NCBI GenBank assembly: GCA_027036935.1
Contig: JALWCE010000097.1
Coordinates: 380-53,004, forward strand
Length of the DNA: 52,625 nt
Direction: 5' to 3'
From: Nitratiruptor sp.
GTDB taxonomy: Bacteria > Campylobacterota > Campylobacteria > Campylobacterales > Nitratiruptoraceae
In this document: one piece after another, positions 48,349 through 52,625 of the stretch
How positions within the stretch are numbered: position 1 is the stretch's first letter
How the letters are laid out: the number at the start of each line of letters is the position of its first letter
Position numbers and translations under genes: made by a program
Notes under the pieces: generated by a model
Told to the model about the DNA's origin: nothing
The model's database searches: none
What the model saw: the letters and a program-made list of their open reading frames with translations, nothing else

Positions 48349-49466
48349 TACTTTTTAAACCAGTTTTTGACTTTCTCAAAGAGCGAGGAGAATTTCTCCT
48401 CGTGCGGTTTGCTCTGTACGCCAAAGCTCTCTTGGAGTTTTTCTAATAAATTGCGCTGTTCTTGGGTGAGTTTGGTAGGGAAAATAAGTTTAATTTGGGC
48501 GATGAGGTTGCCTATTTTACCGGTTCGAAGATTTTTAAATCCCTCCCCTTTAAAGATAAACTGCTCCTTATCCTTTGTACCCGTATGGAGTTTGAGCTCC
48601 TTTTCTCCTCGAGGGGTGGGGATGGTAATACTCTCGCCAAGCAAGGCTTTGGTGAAAAATATTGGGACTTCAAGATAGATATCGTCGTTGTGGCGTATAA
48701 AGTGCTCATCCTCTTCCACATAGATGGTAATATAAAGATCTCCTCGTTTGCCAGAAGATGAGATGTTGCCTTTGCCTTGTACTCGGATGCGGTTGCCAGA
48801 ATCTACTCCCTCAGGGATTTGGATCGTAATCTTTTCGTGTTTGGTCTCATATCCATAGCCGTAACATTTTACACATTTTTGCGTAGCAATCTCCCCACTC
48901 CCGCCGCATCTAGGACAGGTTTGAGAAAAAGTCATAAAACCTTGTCGATAGTATATTTGACCTCTACCTTGACACTCAGGACATACGGAGAGTTTGCCCT
49001 CTTTTGCACCCGTGCCTTTACAGGCCTCGCAAGGCACTTTATAGCTATACTCTATCTCTTTTTGAGCGCCAAAAAGTGCGTCTTTAAAGCTAATGGTCAG
49101 CTCCAATCCCAAATCAAGCGGATACTTCTCCTCTTGACGGCGTCTACCAAAGTTTTGTCCAAAAGCTTCACCAAAAATGGATTCAAAAAAGTCCATTATA
49201 TCTTCATAACTGCTGTTTTCAAATCCCCCAAATCCATGACTCTCTAAGCCCGCCTTACCGTATCTATCATATAAGGCCCGTTTCTCCTCGTCGCTAAGGA
49301 CTTGATACGCTTCGTTGATGAGTTTAAATTTCTCCTCAGCCTCCTTGTCGCCTGGATTTCTGTCTGGATGATACTTTAGGGCCAATTTTCTGTAAGCTTT
49401 TTTGATCTCTTCTAAAGAAGCCGATCGGTCAACCTCTAAAATTTCGTAATAATCGATATCCACCAA
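48348..49466 (-). CDS. dnaJ: Chaperone DnaJ
   Basis: J-domain HPD, four CxxCxGxG repeats, C-terminal domain; start is TTG 49466 or GTG 49463. Confidence 0.97.
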   Translation of the reverse strand: MVDIDYYEILEVDRSASLEEIKKAYRKLALKYHPDRNPGDKEAEEKFKLINEAYQVLSDEEKRALYDRYGKAGLESHGFGGFENSSYEDIMDFFESIFGEAFGQNFGRRRQEEKYPLDLGLELTISFKDALFGAQKEIEYSYKVPCEACKGTGAKEGKLSVCPECQGRGQIYYRQGFMTFSQTCPRCGGSGEIATQKCVKCYGYGYETKHEKITIQIPEGVDSGNRIRVQGKGNISSSGKRGDLYITIYVEEDEHFIRHNDDIYLEVPIFFTKALLGESITIPTPRGEKELKLHTGTKDKEQFIFKGEGFKNLRTGKIGNLIAQIKLIFPTKLTQEQRNLLEKLQESFGVQSKPHEEKFSSLFEKVKNWFKK

Positions 49467-49537
49467 CTCTTGTCCTTTTAAGGTAGTTTTAAGCTGCCTA
49501 AGTTTATCAAAAGAAACGTAATAAAAAATTAAATTTT

Positions 49538-49546
49538 TGATATAAT
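49538..49546 (+). promoter_or_regulatory. Extended -10 (TGATATAAT) for recR; divergent TGATAAACT for dnaJ at 49509-49501
   Basis: Direct motif matches within the AT-rich divergent intergenic region. Confidence 0.6.
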
Positions 49547-49569
49547 CGATGAAAAAAACGAGGATGTGT

Positions 49570-50142
49570 GTGGAAAGGAGTCTTACAAAGTTTTACAATC
49601 TTGTGGAGGCTTTGGAGAGTTTGCCAAGTATTGGTAAAAAAAGCGCAATGCGGTTGGCTTTTTATATGGTGCGTGAGTCTCCAATGGATGCGCTCAGAAT
49701 TGCTCACGCTATCGAAGATGCCCTAAGCTCCACTCGTCTTTGTCAAAAGTGCTTGGGTCTTAGTGAAGATGAATTGTGCCACATCTGTAGCGATGATCTT
49801 AGGGACAAGGGGGTTCTTTGTTTGGTGCAAGGAGCTAGGGATATCTCTTTGATAGAGGAGAGTGGTGAGTATGAGGGAATGTATATGGTCTTTGATCAGC
49901 TCAGTGAGAGCAATCTTGCTCACCTCAAGGATCTCATCGGGGAGTATGGCACCAAAGAGCTGATCTTCGCTTTTACCCCATCCTTGCAAAACGAGGCCCT
50001 CTTGCTCTATATAGAAGATCAGCTCCAACATTTCGATCTCAAATTTACCAAAATCGCTCAAGGGGTGCCTACGGGTGTGCGTTTGGAAAATGTAGATAGT
50101 CTCTCTTTAGCCAAAGCGATAGCTGACAGGGTGGAAGTGTAG
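49570..50142 (+). CDS. recR: Recombination mediator RecR
   Basis: [10 protein letters not shown] HhH, C..C.......C..C Zn finger, KIAQGVPTG; start revised to GTG 49570 because ATG 49549 is too close to the -10 box. Confidence 0.95.
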   Translation: MERSLTKFYNLVEALESLPSIGKKSAMRLAFYMVRESPMDALRIAHAIEDALSSTRLCQKCLGLSEDELCHICSDDLRDKGVLCLVQGARDISLIEESGEYEGMYMVFDQLSESNLAHLKDLIGEYGTKELIFAFTPSLQNEALLLYIEDQLQHFDLKFTKIAQGVPTGVRLENVDSLSLAKAIADRVEV

Positions 50143-50163
50143 ACCCACTTCCCATTCTATTTT

Positions 50164-50172
50164 TGGTATAAT
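50164..50172 (+). promoter_or_regulatory. Extended -10 (TGGTATAAT) for the DAHP synthase gene
   Basis: Perfect TGnTATAAT 29 nt before ATG 50202. Confidence 0.65.
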
Positions 50173-50201
50173 AGCGCAATTTTTCAAAAAGAGGATAAAG
50201 T

Positions 50202-51551
50202 ATGGAGTGGAGTCCAAGCAGTTGGAGAGATTTTCCTATCAAACAACAACCTGAGTATAAAGATCAAAACGAACTTAAAAGGGTGGTAGAGGAGCTTCGC
50301 ACTTTTCCACCTCTTATTTTTGCCGGAGAGGCTAAAGAGCTCAAAGAAAAACTAGCACAAGTGGCCAAGGGTGAAGCGATTTTACTCCAAGGTGGCGATT
50401 GTGCCGAGAGTTTTGCCAATTTTAACGCTGCTAATATACGCAATCTTTTTAAAGTACTTTTACAGATGAATATGGTGCTGATGTATGCTACTGGCAAACC
50501 GGTGGTCAAGATCGGACGGATCGCCGGGCAGTATGCCAAGCCTAGAAGTAGCGACTATGAGGAGATAGACGGCCAAAAGCTTCCAAGCTACCGAGGTGAT
50601 ATCATCAACGAGATCGCCTTTACGCCAGAGGCCAGAGAAGCGAGACCTGAAAAGATGCTCGAAGCCTACTACAAATCGGCGGCTACTCTTAATTTGATTA
50701 GAGCTTACGCCAGAGGCGGTTTTGCGGATCTTCGGGCTATTCATAAATGGAATTTGGAGTTTTTGCAAGGTAACGAGCTAGAGAATAGATTTGAAGAGCT
50801 TGCCGATAAAATTACGCAAGCCCTTCGCTTTATGGAGGCGTGCGGCGTCAATCCGGATAACACTCCGCAGCTCAAACAGACCACTCTTTATACTTCCCAT
50901 GAAGCTTTACTACTTGAGTATGAGGAGGCGCTCACTCGAAAAGATACTTTTACAGGTGATTGGTATGATTGCAGTGCCCACTTTTTGTGGATAGGGGATC
51001 GCACCAGAGATCTGGATGGGGCTCATGTGGAGTTTTTTCGAGGGATCAAAAATCCCATCGGCTGCAAGGTAGGACCATCTATGAAGCCAGATGAATTGCT
51101 TCAGCTTATCGACAAGCTCAATCCCAAGAACGAGCCAGGAAGGCTTACGCTGATCGTACGTATGGGAGCCGATAAGATCGGTGAGCTCTTCCCGCCGCTG
51201 CTTAGAGCTGTCAAAGAGGCTGGCAAAGAGGTGGTTTGGAGTATCGATCCGATGCACGGCAATACCTATAAAACCGATGGAGGGCTCAAGACCAGAGATT
51301 TTGAAAATATTCTTAGCGAAGTGAAGCAGTTTATCCAGATCCACAAAGCCGAGGGGACGATTCCGGGCGGCATGCATCTGGAGATGACGGGAAGCGATGT
51401 GACAGAGTGTACCGGAAGCATCAGTGCTTCCATCACCGAAGAGGGACTCAAAAGCCGCTACCATACCCAATGCGACCCACGCCTTAACGCCAATCAGGCT
51501 TTGGAGCTGGCATTTATGGTAGCCGAGACTTTCAAAGAGTTGCAAAAATGA
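50202..51551 (+). CDS. aroG: Class II 3-deoxy-7-phosphoheptulonate (DAHP) synthase
   Basis: [47 protein letters not shown]. Confidence 0.96.
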   Translation: MEWSPSSWRDFPIKQQPEYKDQNELKRVVEELRTFPPLIFAGEAKELKEKLAQVAKGEAILLQGGDCAESFANFNAANIRNLFKVLLQMNMVLMYATGKPVVKIGRIAGQYAKPRSSDYEEIDGQKLPSYRGDIINEIAFTPEAREARPEKMLEAYYKSAATLNLIRAYARGGFADLRAIHKWNLEFLQGNELENRFEELADKITQALRFMEACGVNPDNTPQLKQTTLYTSHEALLLEYEEALTRKDTFTGDWYDCSAHFLWIGDRTRDLDGAHVEFFRGIKNPIGCKVGPSMKPDELLQLIDKLNPKNEPGRLTLIVRMGADKIGELFPPLLRAVKEAGKEVVWSIDPMHGNTYKTDGGLKTRDFENILSEVKQFIQIHKAEGTIPGGMHLEMTGSDVTECTGSISASITEEGLKSRYHTQCDPRLNANQALELAFMVAETFKELQK

Positions 51552-51910
51552 GAAAGTTTCTTTTTCTGGCGGTATTTGCAGCCACTCTTTTTGCCTATGA
51601 AAATGTAGACGCCAAGACTTTTGCCACTTTGGCCAAAGAAAAAGATGTGGTGCTGCTAGATGTACGCACCCCTGCAGAATTTAGGGAGGGTCATATCCAA
51701 GGAGCCAATCTCATCCCTATCCAAGTCTTTGGCTATCTCTTTTTGGGCGGCAAGGGGATAGGGGACAAAAAGATCCTCGTCTACTGCCACAGCGGCAATA
51801 GAAGCGCCAAAGCGGCTCAGTGGCTGGAGAGCTGGGGAGCCAAGAGAGTCTACAACCTTCGAGGCGGTATTTTGGAATGGCAAGCGGCCAAGCTGCCGCT
51901 GGTACGCTAA
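51548..51910 (+). CDS. Exported single-domain rhodanese (PspE-like sulfurtransferase)
   Basis: Signal peptide, [15 protein letters not shown], active loop [14 protein letters not shown]. Confidence 0.9.
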   Translation: MRKFLFLAVFAATLFAYENVDAKTFATLAKEKDVVLLDVRTPAEFREGHIQGANLIPIQVFGYLFLGGKGIGDKKILVYCHSGNRSAKAAQWLESWGAKRVYNLRGGILEWQAAKLPLVR

Positions 51911-52625
51911 AGAAGTTTTACAGCTTCTTTCATATACTTGCTGATCTCCTCTTTTTCATACTGAAAATCGGTAAAGATCTCAAAGGCTAGAACCCCTTGA
52001 TAGAGCAGCATCTCGGTGCCGTCTTTGGTGAGGAGGCCGTAAGATTTGGCCAAAGCCAGAAATGGCGTGAGCTTGTTATAGATCACGTCTACGGCGTATT
52101 TGGCCTGTGGGAGGATGGTATCCAGTAGATCCTTTGGGGCTGGGAGGTTATCGTCTTTGAGGCCCGCGGAGGTGGTGTTGATCACCAGATCGAAAGCTAT
52201 TGGCTCGAACTCGTCCCATGTATAGGCTTTGAAACCCTTTTCCCAAAAGTAGGGGAGGCGTTTGCCGCTGCGATTGAGGATGACAGGCTCATACCCTTTG
52301 TGGCGCAGATACAGAGCAATCGCCTTGGCAGTGCCGCCGGCTCCCAGGATCAAGACACTCTTGAAATCGAACTCTTTGATACTCTCGTAAAATCCCGGGG
52401 CATCGGTGTTGTAGGCGTAGATTTTGCCATCTTTATGGTACCATGTATTGACTGCCTCGATCTCCTTGGCGATACCCAGCACCTCGTCGGCCTGTTTGAA
52501 AGCCTCCTCTTTGTATGGGACTGTGATATTGACGCCAGTGAGTCCCAGCTCCAAAAATCTATCCCGAAGCAAAGGCTCTTGGAGCAAGATCTTTGTGTAG
52601 CATCCATCGAATCCAAGCTTTTCAA
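51907..52625 (-). CDS. aroE: Shikimate dehydrogenase, 5' end beyond window edge
   Basis: NITVPYK, AVNT, YNTDAPGF, LGAGGTA, INTTSAG, DVIY, DG.EMLLYQG; frame stays open upstream of 52587 (EKLGFDGCYTKI) to the edge. Confidence 0.95.
   Translation of the reverse strand, partial: EKLGFDGCYTKILLQEPLLRDRFLELGLTGVNITVPYKEEAFKQADEVLGIAKEIEAVNTWYHKDGKIYAYNTDAPGFYESIKEFDFKSVLILGAGGTAKAIALYLRHKGYEPVILNRSGKRLPYFWEKGFKAYTWDEFEPIAFDLVINTTSAGLKDDNLPAPKDLLDTILPQAKYAVDVIYNKLTPFLALAKSYGLLTKDGTEMLLYQGVLAFEIFTDFQYEKEEISKYMKEAVKLL

Noticed and set aside
49467-49548. Heat-shock operator (CIRCE/HAIR) upstream of dnaJ
   Set aside because: No match to either consensus; only an AT-rich palindrome and an imperfect inverted repeat.

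Overview
A densely coding, mostly core-genome segment of a Campylobacterota (epsilonproteobacterial) chromosome. Gene content, TGnTATAAT-type promoters and roughly 42-45% GC (estimated by eye) suggest a Nitratiruptor/Sulfurovum-like chemolithoautotroph; this is inference. The backbone follows the gene order I recall for C. jejuni Cj0094-Cj0128: rplU-rpmA-obgE-proB-(truD)-fmt-birA-parAB-atpF'FHAGDC-tolQRAB-pal-cpoB-slyD-fabD-mtnN-ttcA-recO, then gltBD-IMPase-accD-thiE-rlmH-membrane protein-dusB. After that come a fliO-like gene, a TauE/SafE permease, uvrA, an HDOD protein, polA, a fused CcsBA cytochrome c synthase, dnaJ/recR, a class II DAHP synthase, a periplasmic rhodanese and a partial aroE. 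The ORF track misses a multiheme cytochrome c with five CxxCH motifs that runs off the left edge on the minus strand. I found no rRNA, tRNA, CRISPR array, transposase, integrase or prophage, and no clear-cut novel multi-gene system. The best leads are: a Cys-rich peptide/Uma2/multiheme cytochrome operon; a His/Cys-rich secreted protein inserted between fabD and mtnN behind a Fur-like hexamer array; a very acidic orphan next to recO; a TtcA lacking a canonical Fe-S ligand; an EF-hand-loop lipoprotein; and a small secreted protein with a CagY-like Cys repeat.
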